From Camelus dromedarius (Eukaryota): a DNA stretch of 64,000 nt. The notes beneath the pieces were generated by a model. That model was not told the DNA's origin and did no database searches. It was given only the letters and a program-made list of their open reading frames with translations. The DNA is taken from positions 21,764,001 through 21,828,000 of the forward strand of contig NC_087436.1 in assembly GCF_036321535.1 (NCBI RefSeq), in the 5' to 3' direction. This document shows positions 50,631-62,324 of this stretch, piece by piece. The position numbers were made by a program, and so were the translations under genes. How positions within the stretch are numbered: the first letter of the stretch is position 1; the number at the start of each line of letters is the position of its first letter.

Positions 50631-52579
50631 TCTCCCCGGCATTTCTTAATGTGGAGCTCCACACAGATCCTCCAAGGGAAAGCGTATGCAAAGGGCTCTT
50701 TGTAATCCAAGGTCAGTAGTCTAGGGGTTTTCTTGTTGCTAAGTACCCATCCCGCAGTCTCCGTTTTCCTGCGTTAGCCTGAGGAAGTGTAGAGAGGAGA
50801 AAAGGCAAGCAGAGCACTCAGTAGTCATAGGATGGATGAGGTTATCTGAGTCGGATGACTAGGGTGCTGAGATTGTGTTTCTAAATCTGGATTGTCGGTG
50901 GATCAGTAGTTGTGGTCTTATTAACGATTCTGAGACACGGGGTACCTGCCCTGACATTTTCTTCAATGGTTTCCTACCTCTACCTGATTCTCATAAATGT
51001 GTATCATGGTTGGACCTGCTTAAATGTACAACTTGAGTATTTACAGGATTAATCAGGAGACATTTTTTTAGTAGCATCTGTTTTTCAAACGTGGGCCTTG
51101 TGCATATGCTGCATTATGATATGGATCCTAAGAAACTAAAATTGACAAACAACAGCAACAAAAAGCCCGCCCCTGGAGGCATTTTGGACCCACTGCTCTT
51201 TTTCTCCGTCTCAAAATGCTTCAAAATCACCTGCGAGTCTTGATGTCAGAAGGGCTATCATTCCCCTCTGAGTTTTTTCGCTGGGCTCTTAGAGTCTGCT
51301 AGAAAATGTGGTGACAGCTACAGCTAAAGATAATGTTCCGATGAGAAGGAAATGAGACACATTGCAGGGCTGAGATGCGCTTGGAGCTTCATAGTCTCGC
51401 GGTGACAGGTTTAAATGGATGGTTCCTGCCGTTTTTAGTTCTGTCAAGTCCCACAGGTCAGCTGGTCATCACAGACTGAAGCATCCACTTTATGATAACT
51501 GACAATTATATTCAGAACTTGGAACAGTGGTGTGAACAAAGAGACCCAGTGGTTGTGTGTAAACGGCTTCTTAGTGTGCTTTTCTAAAAACAGATGCCAG
51601 GGAAAAGGTCCTTGACCTGTGGCCCCTGGTCTCTGGAGGTGGGTGAGGGGGCAGGTGCTGGGGGCCCTCCGGGCTAATTTCTGTCCCCTTGCTGTGCTTT
51701 ACAAAAAGGTCAATTTCACTATTCATTGAGATAGAAAAGTCAGTATTGGGAGCCATTTAAAAAGTCTAAATTGGCTTTTCTAATGAAGTTGAAGGCACTG
51801 GGGAGGCTGTTGCAGGGATGGAAGGTGACCATTTACAATGCCTTCTTTGGTCCTTTTTGCCAGTTTTCCAGCAGTTCCCTGCAGGGGAGCTGGGTTTCTT
51901 TCAAGATTGTTTCAATGTTAAATTGACACTAAATCAAGAGCACAGTAAGCCCCAACTTAGCCTTTTTAAAGGAAGCAAATGTTGAAGGCAGCCAGGGCTC
52001 CTGTGGGGAGCTGATGCAGAAGAAGTGGGGAGACAGCAGATAAAATAACTGTTGAAGCTGGGGAGTGGAAAGTCAAAATTAAAAGGCTTTTGTATTTATT
52101 TCAAAATATGTCTTTCTTCTCTTCTTGTATGTCTTGTCCTCACTGCACCTCTTGTATTATTTATTTTCTATAGTGAATATTTTTCTCTAGTCTCTAAGAA
52201 CAAAAATGACCTTTGAAACATTTTTCTCTGTGTTGTATTTAGGCCAGGACCTTCCAGATCATCCTTTACCTACTTGCAGGGCACCTTGTTGGCTCAAGCT
52301 CTTAGGCAGTGCCTCCTGCTTTGCAACACACCTGAGTCATATATTAATGGATCAATAAAAGATGCCCTATTGTGTCTTAAAAGGATATTAAGAAATAGAA
52401 GCTGACCTGAAAAGGCGTGGTGCTGATGGTGACCAGATCTCTTATCAGCAAAATATAGCTAAACATGTCACTCACTTTCTTAATAAAACTCCAAAGCAAT
52501 ATACAAGATAGTGCATTGTGGAAAAGATTATTAAATGTATAAATATCAGCTCACTTTGTTATGCAGATGGCAGTTGTCA

Positions 52580-52742
52580 TCTTTTTTTCTTCCTTCCTCC
52601 TTCGCTCTTTTCTCTTTTTCTTTGTTTCTCTCTTTCTCTTTCCTTTCCTTCTTTCCTTCCTTCCTTTCTTTTTTCTTTCTTTTTCTTTCCTTCTTTTTTT
52701 CCTTTTTTCTCTTTCCTTCTTTCTTTCCTTCTTTGTCTTTTT
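52580..52742. repeat. CT-rich polypyrimidine low-complexity tract (about 160 nt)
   Basis: Almost exclusively C/T with TTTC/TTCC units. Confidence 0.95.
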
Positions 52743-53269
52743 AGCTATCTACCTGTTGTGCAAGATAAGGAAAGTTTGTGTGCCTTTTAAAATTGCATGA
52801 AACCAGAATTTAGTAGTTACTTGTAAACATAGTTCTACAGGAGAAGAGGCAGTTACATATTATTTTCTAAAGAATTACTCAGCTGTATATGAACAGGCAT
52901 TTATGTGAAGCAGAATTTGTTTACTCTCAAATGTTTACCTCTGACAACTGTGAGACTTTTTAATGATTTAGTGTGAACTGAATTGTGGCCCATTCTATAC
53001 CATCAGCTAGGGCTACTTCTTTAAGTTTAGTGATGCAGATCTTAAGACTTGATGCTACTTGAATAGAGAAATATCACTAGCCCTTCAAATATTCTGTGGA
53101 CTTTTTTTGTTCTAAAATGGCCCCGAAACAGAGTCTGGGTAAGTCTGTTGAGGGAATTATAATTTATTGATTTAAAACTGACTGGCTAGATTACTGTAGG
53201 TAGCTTGACACAGCCTATTGAAAACACTTTTAACATTTTTTTGAGTAAGAGGTTGCAACTTGAGAAAAT

Positions 53270-53600
53270 TTCACAAGTATTTATTGTCTGCCAGTGTGCT
53301 GGGAACTTCACGAGGTACTAGTCTCTCTTCTAAGTAGTTGATACCAAATAAACATGTAAATTAATTGCTGTGAGTTTTTTTTAGTGTATATACAAGGTAC
53401 AGCAGTGACACAAAGGAGGACCATTGGCTTCCTGAGATGACTCAGGACGTGTACCAGAAAAGAGGGAATTCTTGGAGGAATAATATTTGCCAGATAAAAA
53501 TGTTATGGGAAAACATTCCATAAAAAAAGAAAATCATGCAGAGTCACGGAGGCAAGAAATATCATCGTGTACTTAGGGAAGTGAACGCAGTCCTACAGTG
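53270..53600 (-). mobile_element. L2 fragment
   Basis: ACAAGTATTTATTGTCTGCCAGTGTGCTGGG...GGAAAACATTCCA. Confidence 0.55.
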
Positions 53601-54266
53601 TTTCCTGTTTGACTCTTGCTTTCATTTCAGTATTCATAAAGAAAACAAATTACATTGCTAGCCGCAGGTGTGAGATACTTGACAAGGAAACGGCCTTCAG
53701 CTCGCTGCTGAGGAGAATGACTTAGTACTGATTACACAGCTCATTCTGGTGAGAAAATGAATTAGGAAAATGTTTTGAAGACCAAATTTTCTAGCGTGTA
53801 ATACTGTAAGATAAGAAGAAACGATACTCTGGAAGGGACAGGGGGTCTGTTGGAGAAGGCTAAGTGAAGCTTTGGTGCCGGTCCATGGACCACGGGTCAT
53901 GAGAGGATGAACAGGATGGATTGTGCTGTCAGGCAAGAGTTGTGTTTCTTTGAGGTAAAGAGGCACAGAGTGAAGTTTGGTCAAGTCTGTCACGGTGGGA
54001 CAGGGATTCCATAGGACAAGGTAGAACAGACTGGATGGAGAGGGAATCAAAGAATGGGGGGCCAAGGTAGAGAATGGTATAGGGACAGGCACAAAGTTAT
54101 CCTGGTAGGGGAGGTGGACCTGACAGGGATAAGAAGTATGCGACCTGGAGTACAATTATGGAGACTGAGGGTCCCACAACGTCCCACACTGTTTGGAATG
54201 TCTCAGTGAATATCATCCATTTCATTCCTGCTCACCAGGATGGTGTCTTCTATTCCTAGCAATTTA

Positions 54267-54367
54267 TTTACTATTTTTTTTTTTAATGGAGGTACTGGGA
54301 ATTGAACCCAGGACCTTGTGCATGCTAAGCACACACCCTACCGGTGAACTATACCCTCTTCCTTACC
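54267..54367 (-). mobile_element. Camelid tRNA-derived SINE (Vic-1-like), short form
   Basis: TTTTAATGGAGGTACTGGGAATTGAACCCAGGACCTTGTGCATGCTAAGC...; perfect TSD CCTAGCAATTTA at 54255-54266 and 54368-54379. Confidence 0.92.
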
Positions 54368-57300
54368 CCTAGCAATTTAAGTGTGGCAACCAACTGGCCC
54401 TGGTATTCTCCATGCTCCCACTTTCTTGCTATTTTTGGTTGTCATCTCCCTGCCTGGCTTTGCCCTGCAGGACCCTCAGAACATGTGTGTACCTGGACTA
54501 GACCTAGGCTTTTGTTTTTCCTTCAAGGGTTTTGCTGAGGAAGGACGATCTGCTAAGAGAAAGAATTAGCAACTTCACTATCCCCATGTCCATTTTTGCC
54601 CTGAATCCTGGAAAAATTAAAGGTGAATTTGGTTTGCAGCTCAAGCAACTCTAGAAGACCTTATCTTCTGCATTTCTGTATACAAACCCCAATCAGAGCT
54701 TTATTGAATTTTCAATGGTTATTTTCTCTCTTTCTCAAGTTTTTTTTTTTTAATTGATTAATTCTTTGCTTTGGTATTGTAGCTTTGCTTTGGTATTTTA
54801 GAAGGTCCTTTGAAGCCTTTTGAAATGAATTGAAAATTAATAGATAAGAGTAATCAAGTCCTCTTTCTAACTTCATAGGTCCTTTGGTATAATCCTCTCA
54901 GTCTCTGTCTGCCCTGGAACATGTTCTTGGTCAATGATCAGTTTCACATCTTCTTCTATCTGATATTCTTTCTTAGGAACTCTTAGCATCACAAGTTTCA
55001 ATTAAAAAAAAATTCCAATCTTACTAGTATCAAAACTCTTTATTTCTTCCCAGTTTTCTCAAGAATCCTGAGATTTTTTTTTCTCCTGAAATCATCACTG
55101 TTTCCAGTGATCAGAAAATAAGACCTTGCCATACAGCAGATTTTCTTCTCCAAATCTACTTTATTCTTAACAACAAGTCTTAGTCATCATCCCATATCTC
55201 CTACAAAATGAATATTTTCTGCTTTTCAATTTTTCTTGAGTTGGATGGCCTACTTTTAATTCTGGCGAGTGGAGGTAGACACATAATCTTCTCTCTGTTG
55301 GAGTTATTTTCTCCTAATAAAGGTTTATTTTTCCAAATTTTAAATTGCACATGGAACTGAGGAATAAATGAAGATTATTATTTATAGCTGAAGTTGTTTT
55401 GGGGACACATTATACAATATTTGAAACACATTTTATACTATAGTCAAGTTTTGAATGACTGATAAGAATTGTCAAAGATGAACAATATTTTGAGGATCAC
55501 TGATCTTTCCTGTGCATGAGAATGGTGTTGCCCTGTGTTTTATTACTCCTTGACCTCATCTGTACTCCCGCCCTCATTTTGAGTCCTGACCAGTGAGTGT
55601 TAGGGCAACTCCCATTGAGGACCAGCTGAACTCTTGGTCTGGTTCTCAACTTGAACTTCATTTCTTGGCTTTTACCCAAGATATGACTAAATATTGCTTA
55701 TTAAACTGGCAGCCAAGGTTATCAGAGTCAGCATTTCCCCTACTCAGAGTTCTTAACCTACAGTTGGTGATTTTGCCATTTTCTCCCTAAACTTGCCTTA
55801 ACTTTCACATTCCATTAATTGAGAACTGGAATGTTAGTTTATAGCATGTAAGCATTTAAACTGCAGCATTCTAGATAACTTAATAAGTCCTTTTGGGCTA
55901 TCCAGGGAGTAGAAACCACAGTCTCACTGTCTTGGAAGTATTTCTGGTCTCACTTCCAACCTGATTCTAGAGTTTGGAGAACTGGATCAACAGCTTAGGG
56001 GTTCAGTTGCAACCAATGTTGAAAGTAAGCCTGGGATTTGTAAACCTGTGCCTTGTAGTTTTTGTTTTGCTAACTTCAGTAATCTAGGTTTTAAGTTAAT
56101 ATCTATTTATAAGTCATATATTCTATGCAATTAATCTCTTGCTATTATATGACAGTAGGTAATTTTTGTTGACTTACTGTAAGTCCATTGTCTTGACAAG
56201 TATTTTTTTAAATGCTATGGATACATTTGCATGTAGACCTATTTGATTCTAGGGAAAGTATAATTGGTGTGAAAATTTAAAGACGACTTTAGCTTAGTAG
56301 GGAAACTCTTGACCCATTTGTATTTTTAGAAATGATGAAAGACAGTGAAATTTCAGTGAAAGGAAATATACCATATAAAAAACCCATACTATGAAATTTT
56401 CACCATGGAGTCACTAAAATATTTACTGTTTATAAAACATTATTTTCACCCTTGAACAGTCTTTGAAATATTACTCACTAAAAATGTCTCCCCGATGAAA
56501 GATTGTTCTAAAGGGCAATTGGCTTTTTTTCTCTTCTCTGCAGTCAGGGAGGATCTATAAAATGGTAAATATTCAAATGTTCTTCTTGTAAAGTACTATA
56601 TATTTCCTTGTCTCAGGCAAGTAGAGGACTGTGTTGGCAGAAGTCAGCTTCTGCTTATTAAGTAATACTGCCGTGGCTTGTCAAATTGGGAGGCAGCGTA
56701 CCTGAAGCCACAGCATTCCTTTGATATATCACTCACTGCTATGCCTTTCAGAATTATGGAAGACATACTTAAGTCTGAATCAGGGAGTAATGTCAGAGAA
56801 AATAAATATCCCACTTTTCTTGGCAGCAGTTTAAAATGTATTAAATTTTAGAAATGTTCAAAGTCACACATATGTTCTTTGATTTATCCCCTTTTATTAA
56901 TATATAACCAGCATGCAGTGTTCAAACTGACCCTTTGAGGTCTGGATTATCACTCTGGCTACTGCTTTCTTTTCTAGTCTAATGCCAATTTAGTCCAATT
57001 ATAATTTTGCCCAATAATTAGTAATAAGGACGTGTCTTTTTTCTTTTGTAGGAATCATGCGACCAGGGTATATTTAATTAAATACATTTTGGCTCTTCAT
57101 TTCAAGCTGAAATGGCTGTGGCTAAATATCAAGGATGCCTTTTCAAAAACAATGTCTCTGAAGACTTGGGGAAAGGCAATGAAACATTGATGGTATATAC
57201 AAAATCATAATTTAAAATGATCAACTTTTTAAATTTTTAAATTACGAGACTGCCTTTCTACCACTCCTGTAAATTCTCAGGCCTCTCTAAGTTTTGTGAT

Positions 57301-57789
57301 TGTTGGGCTTACTTGGGAATTGCTGGCAGTGCAGCTCTTTTGCCTAAAGAGGAGTGGGAGAGGAGGGGGAGGAATTTTTACAGTGGACTTCAGTCGTTCA
57401 CCTAGACTCATCTCCAGTCTGAGGGTATCGTCGTACGTGTAGCTCCGTCATACAGCCAAATACTCTTGGACAATTTTTATGGAAACTTTTTGGTGGTAAT
57501 AGCTTGAGTCTCCATGAAGGAATCATACATGTGCAATCCTTTTTGGTAGAGCCATTTGTTAAGGTCTGGATTGCCTTCTAAGAACGTCCCATTTTGTATT
57601 GTTTCATAAAATGTACCTGAGATCTTGGCAAACATATCTATCCCCTGAGAAGCCTTGTTGGCTGCCAGCAACTTCCCCATTTGCAAGCATGCTAACCACA
57701 AAGATCCCAAAGAAAGTTTTATTATGCATACACATTGAAGGAGTTTTGTGGTGGACAAATCTGAGTTATACGTTTCCAGTTTTATTTAT

Positions 57790-58090
57790 TGTCACTCCAT
57801 CTACATATATACCCTATGTGTTAGCCTACTCCAGTAACAGCTAGTCCTGGAGCACACCGTGCTCTCTCCTGCCTCTGTATGTTTACCTGGTATGCCCGTC
57901 AAGTCTGTAGCTGCCTGGTAAATGTTTACTCACTTTTCCTGACTCATTTAAAACACCAATTCCTCTGTGAAGTTTTCTGAAATTTCCCTCCTTTTCCCCA
58001 ACACACACTGGCTCTGGTGCTCCCTGTTTTAGATCACTCTGTACTCGTATCTGTTATCAGACTTAATAGACTGTATTCACATCTGCTGGT
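57790..58090 (+). mobile_element. L2 fragment
   Basis: CTCATTTAAAACACCAATTCCTCTGTGAAGTTTTCTGA. Confidence 0.55.
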
Positions 58091-59490
58091 TCATTAACAT
58101 ATGTGATTCATACATCCCCAGGTCTTCCAGCCCGGAAAGTAAAACACAGGGTCACAGTAATTTGACAAAAAAGACATTTGTCTGGTGTCTTTCCCAAAAG
58201 TTGGTAGTCAGTGGAGTTGTCTCATATGAACCTGTTAAGTTGTCTTTTTAGCTTCCAAGTGGTAGATAGCATTTTAATCTTCCATAGCATGTTCCATGAT
58301 ACCCCTTGGAAGCCACCAGAGCCCAATACCCTTTGCTTTATCTTTTCTTTTCCACATGGAGGCTGGTCTGGTGTCTGTTTATCACATGCGTATCCTGTGT
58401 ACCAGTGTCCTCCAAAAGCCTCCCTGATGGGGAATGTCCTTTCCTTCCCTCTGGTCCTGTGGTCTGTCCCACTGTCACCAAGAGTCCTGTTTTGTGCTGT
58501 CAGTTCCTTGCAGAAGTTTTCGTAAAATAACTCTTTGAGTGCCCCTCCTCTTCCACAGACACACAAACAAAACACACTGAGAAAATATGTCCTTTTCTTC
58601 CAGGGCGACACATTTAAGTGTAGGAGGCTGTTTGCATATGTAATATACATGGAGTCTATTAAAATAACTCAGAAGTTCAAGGGCCATATTGGTAGGGAAC
58701 CGAAAAATAGGTAAGAGGAGTTTTGGCTGAACTAGCCTTCACTGATTTACAATAGTCATCTATCGCAAAACCTAAGAATTAAATTCTTCTGAGAGGCTTT
58801 CCATTTTTCATGTACATACACATATCATGTATATAGTGTGTAAATAAATATATATATGTGTATATGTATATAATACATAATCATTGTAATGGTTTTATTA
58901 TATGATACGTTCTTCCTTGCCACCCCAAACTGCTAAAATACTCTTGTTTTTTGGCTTCTTTCCAACTCTACTGATATCTTATAGGTATCAAAGATATTTT
59001 CTATTAAGTATTTTTATAACATCAAACTCCCTGAATAGAACACTGTTCCTTTTGGTGATGAAATATCAGATATCAATTCCTTGTCTGTCTTGCACAATCC
59101 CATGGTCAGTGTCCATGGGGGGAGGATATTTTTAATTTCACACACCAATACTCTGTGGGAATATTTTCTACTTCCTTAAAATAGGGAAAGCAGTTTGTTT
59201 TAATTTTTCAAAGAATTATATTCTTTGTTCAGAAATTGGTTGTTATAATCATTAAATAATCAAATTAAGACTTTTAAAACTTGGTAAAATATAGATGCAA
59301 ATGGAAAGAGACTTAGTCTTTTTATGAATTAATCAAATTATTTTAAATTCATTTTAATCTTTGGAAGGAGTCCACAAAAGCTGCCAAAATTGCTGTGGGA
59401 AGACAGCTTTACTAGATAAAAGGGAGAGCTTTAAAACCCATATTTATTTTATATCGGTTGCATTGTTAAGTATTTTTAAATTCTCACTTT

Positions 59491-60015
59491 TGTATTGGGA
59501 TCCCTAAGACCACCCTCAGGTTTGATGATCCACTCCATGGACTCACAGAACTCAGAAAAACTGTTGAGCTCATGGTTACAGTTTATTACAGTGAAAGGAT
59601 ACAGATTAAAACCAGTAAAGGTGAAAGGTGCATAAGATAGCATCTGGGAGAGACTAGCCAAGAGGTTCAGGTTTCTTCTCACAGTGGAGATGTGTGGACA
59701 ACAGTTAATTCTCCCTGCAACGATGTGTGACATGCAGAAAGTATTGGCAGCCAGGGAAGCTCACTGGACCCCAAGTGCAGGTTGTTTTTGGGGCCAGTCA
59801 CATAGGCATGGAGGACCATATGCCTGACCTACTCAGTCTGCAGCTCTCCCAGATGTCAGACGGACTGTGGTCCAGACCCTGGGTGAGTAAAACACACAGG
59901 CATTCATCATATCGCACAATTAACGTAAACTATTTGCCCAAGGCATCAGGTATACAAAGACAGTCTTGTCAGGCAGGGTATTCTAAGGGCTTAGCGATTA
60001 TCCACACCCAAGCCT
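59491..60015 (-). mobile_element. MER21-type LTR
   Basis: TGTATTGGGATCCCTAAGACCACCCTCAGGTTTGATGAT...GGACTCACAGAACTCAG...GTTTATTACAGTGAAAGGATACAGATTAAAA. Confidence 0.88.
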
Positions 60016-62281
60016 GCTAAGTCAACCCTTTATTTTTAGCCTTCTCTTTGGAGACACCTAAGTTGAAATGATGCATATGGTTGCATTTTATTTAAGAGTC
60101 ATGGTCCACCAATCAGAGTAAGTGTACTCAAAGAAGAGGTCTTATTTCAACCTCAGAAGATTGGCAAATACATGCATATGTTTATATTTTCAGTTAAAAT
60201 AAAATGTTTAAAGCAGCAAATACCATTTTTTTGGATTCCTCCCTTATATTGGCTTTTAAATTTCCTAACTACTTGTCCCAATTTCATTTGCTCAAACCGC
60301 TTCTAATGAGCTTAAAATGATCTTAAATTTCTTTTATCCATGAAATGGCTCATAATATAAGGATGAAGTGAAGATTTAAAAAAAAAAATGAAGCAACTAA
60401 GTTATTCTCAGTAGTCACAAATAGAAACACTGCAAAAATCACCATCATGCAGTCTATTTAAATACATCTCAGTGCTTGGTGCTCCTTTAGCTCCAGGTTT
60501 CACTACCAAACAAAAGATACCAAAGGAAATGATACATAAGGGAAGAAACAGTGTTTTCAAGTAGGAATGTGGAGAGTCCTCATTTTGTCCTTGTGCTCCA
60601 GAGCATGCTGCAGTGAAACTGATCTGCTCCCCCCACCCCCACCGTCCCCCATCCTGGGAGGATTTGGTTGCATACAGGAAGTCAACAGGGTAAGGTGTTC
60701 TCATTGATTGATGCACACGTTTGTTGTACACAGCAGCATGTACCTTCACTCTTAATGAATCTCTTCTGCACATAGGGAGGGACATTGCCAGATTTCTTAA
60801 AATGAGAGGCAGCCTTAGCATGGCTGCTGTAAAGATGTTCACCTGTGCAGTATCTGTCAGAACTGCAGTAGCGGCTTCACATGGGGCTTGGGCCAGTGCC
60901 CTGACATGGAAGCCAAAGGTTGTCAGTGAGTGAGCCATCACTATTTTTATAGACGTCAGCTATGTTATATTAAATCAGATGTGGAGCAGTACTGATAAAT
61001 TAGTAAGAAGTTATTCATTTGGATTGTGCTGTGCTAAACTTTAAGATCCAAATACATGGGATTTAATCTTCTAGAAAAGTTATTCTTATGCATGGTTCAC
61101 AAATTCGTTGTTAATTTTTTGAAATTTTCATTAGGAACCTTTGCAAATATCTTTAATTATAATGGGAAACATACAAAGTTAACATTTTAAATCTTAAATC
61201 AGCTTCAACATTTTTAAGAAAAATGCGAGCACTAGCAGGAAAAAATATTGATAGTCACACTACTTTTTATCCCTGAGAAGGGTAGGCGTATTGAGTAATG
61301 AATTATTGATTCAGTGTGAGTGAACCTGAGTTTATCTTGAAACCTCCTCCTTGGATTGGGGCATAGCTAGAGTTTAACCTCTCTTTACTCATTATGAACC
61401 TCCATGAGATGGGAGTGGCCATAGGAAATGCAGGTTGTTGACATTTTCCTAGCAAAGATGTCTCTGCATACAACTTAATCCAACTCTTTATTGCCACTTC
61501 TTTGCATGGCAAATAATAGGTGCTGGTGGGAGGAAAGGTCAATACTGTGTTGGATAAATATATGCAAAAGATGGGTGTTTGTGAAGGCAGAGTCTAAAGA
61601 TGTCCGGCTTCATATAGAAGCAAGACAGTGCATTTTGTTCCCAAATGAATAGTACATATTTAAAATGTACACAAAGTTATGGGGCTATCTTTTAGGTCAT
61701 AAATCTAATTATTTCCTCTCCAATTAAAAATATAAAATTATCATCAACTTGTACCTCCTCATATTTCATGCATTGCATGAAGACAGTATTTTAGTATGCA
61801 CTGGTATCATACTTCTATACGTTAAGGGTTTATTTCATCTCCCAAATCTTGTTTTCGGTCTACATGATCAACATAGTTACTCCATGATAAGAATAGATGA
61901 TTGTCTGAATAAGGTTGTGACAGAGTAAATGAAAATGATATTTCCACATTTAAATCCTTAGGATGATTAAAAATCCAGAATCTGTCTTACTAATGTGACC
62001 TGGCATAACATAAAATGAGTGTTCATTTCCATAATTAAACTGTAATATTTATCTCGGTTAATATAACTTTATCCTATTCAATAAAATAAGTTGCTGATTT
62101 TGTCTTGTACATTATGACTAAGTTTGATTTTCATCTGTCACTGAATCCTGGTCAGGTAGATAAGGAAGTCATTCTGAGAGTGATGTACATGAAGGCATCA
62201 GGGCAATAATTCAGTTATCCAGGTGCCCAAGGGCTTCCAGTGCGGCTTTCTCTGTAGATCATCTCAGTCATATGTTTGTAT

Positions 62282-62324
62282 TAAAGTGACACTGTCAAAA
62301 AAAAAAAAATAAAGTGACACTGTC
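62282..62324 (+). mobile_element. Poly(A)-only retro-insertion (A13) flanked by a perfect 15-bp TSD
   Basis: TAAAGTGACACTGTC-A13-TAAAGTGACACTGTC at a TT|AAAG L1-endonuclease-type site. Confidence 0.85.

Noticed and set aside
52243..52360. Alternative terminal exon (acceptor 52242/52243, AATAAA 52354)
   Set aside because: Acceptor is weaker and nothing else supports it; cannot be distinguished from chance.
53800..54190. LTR-like purine-rich block and 152-aa minus-strand ORF
   Set aside because: No family, termini or TSD could be supported, and the ORF is non-specific.
57616..57692. Minus-strand exon (TTAG|CATGCTTGC...CTCAG|GTACAT)
   Set aside because: Weak splice sites, no partner exons, unrecognised peptide.
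60408..60941. 177-aa minus-strand ORF
   Set aside because: No recognisable homology, no clear splice or promoter context, and length is within chance range for a six-frame scan of 64 kb.
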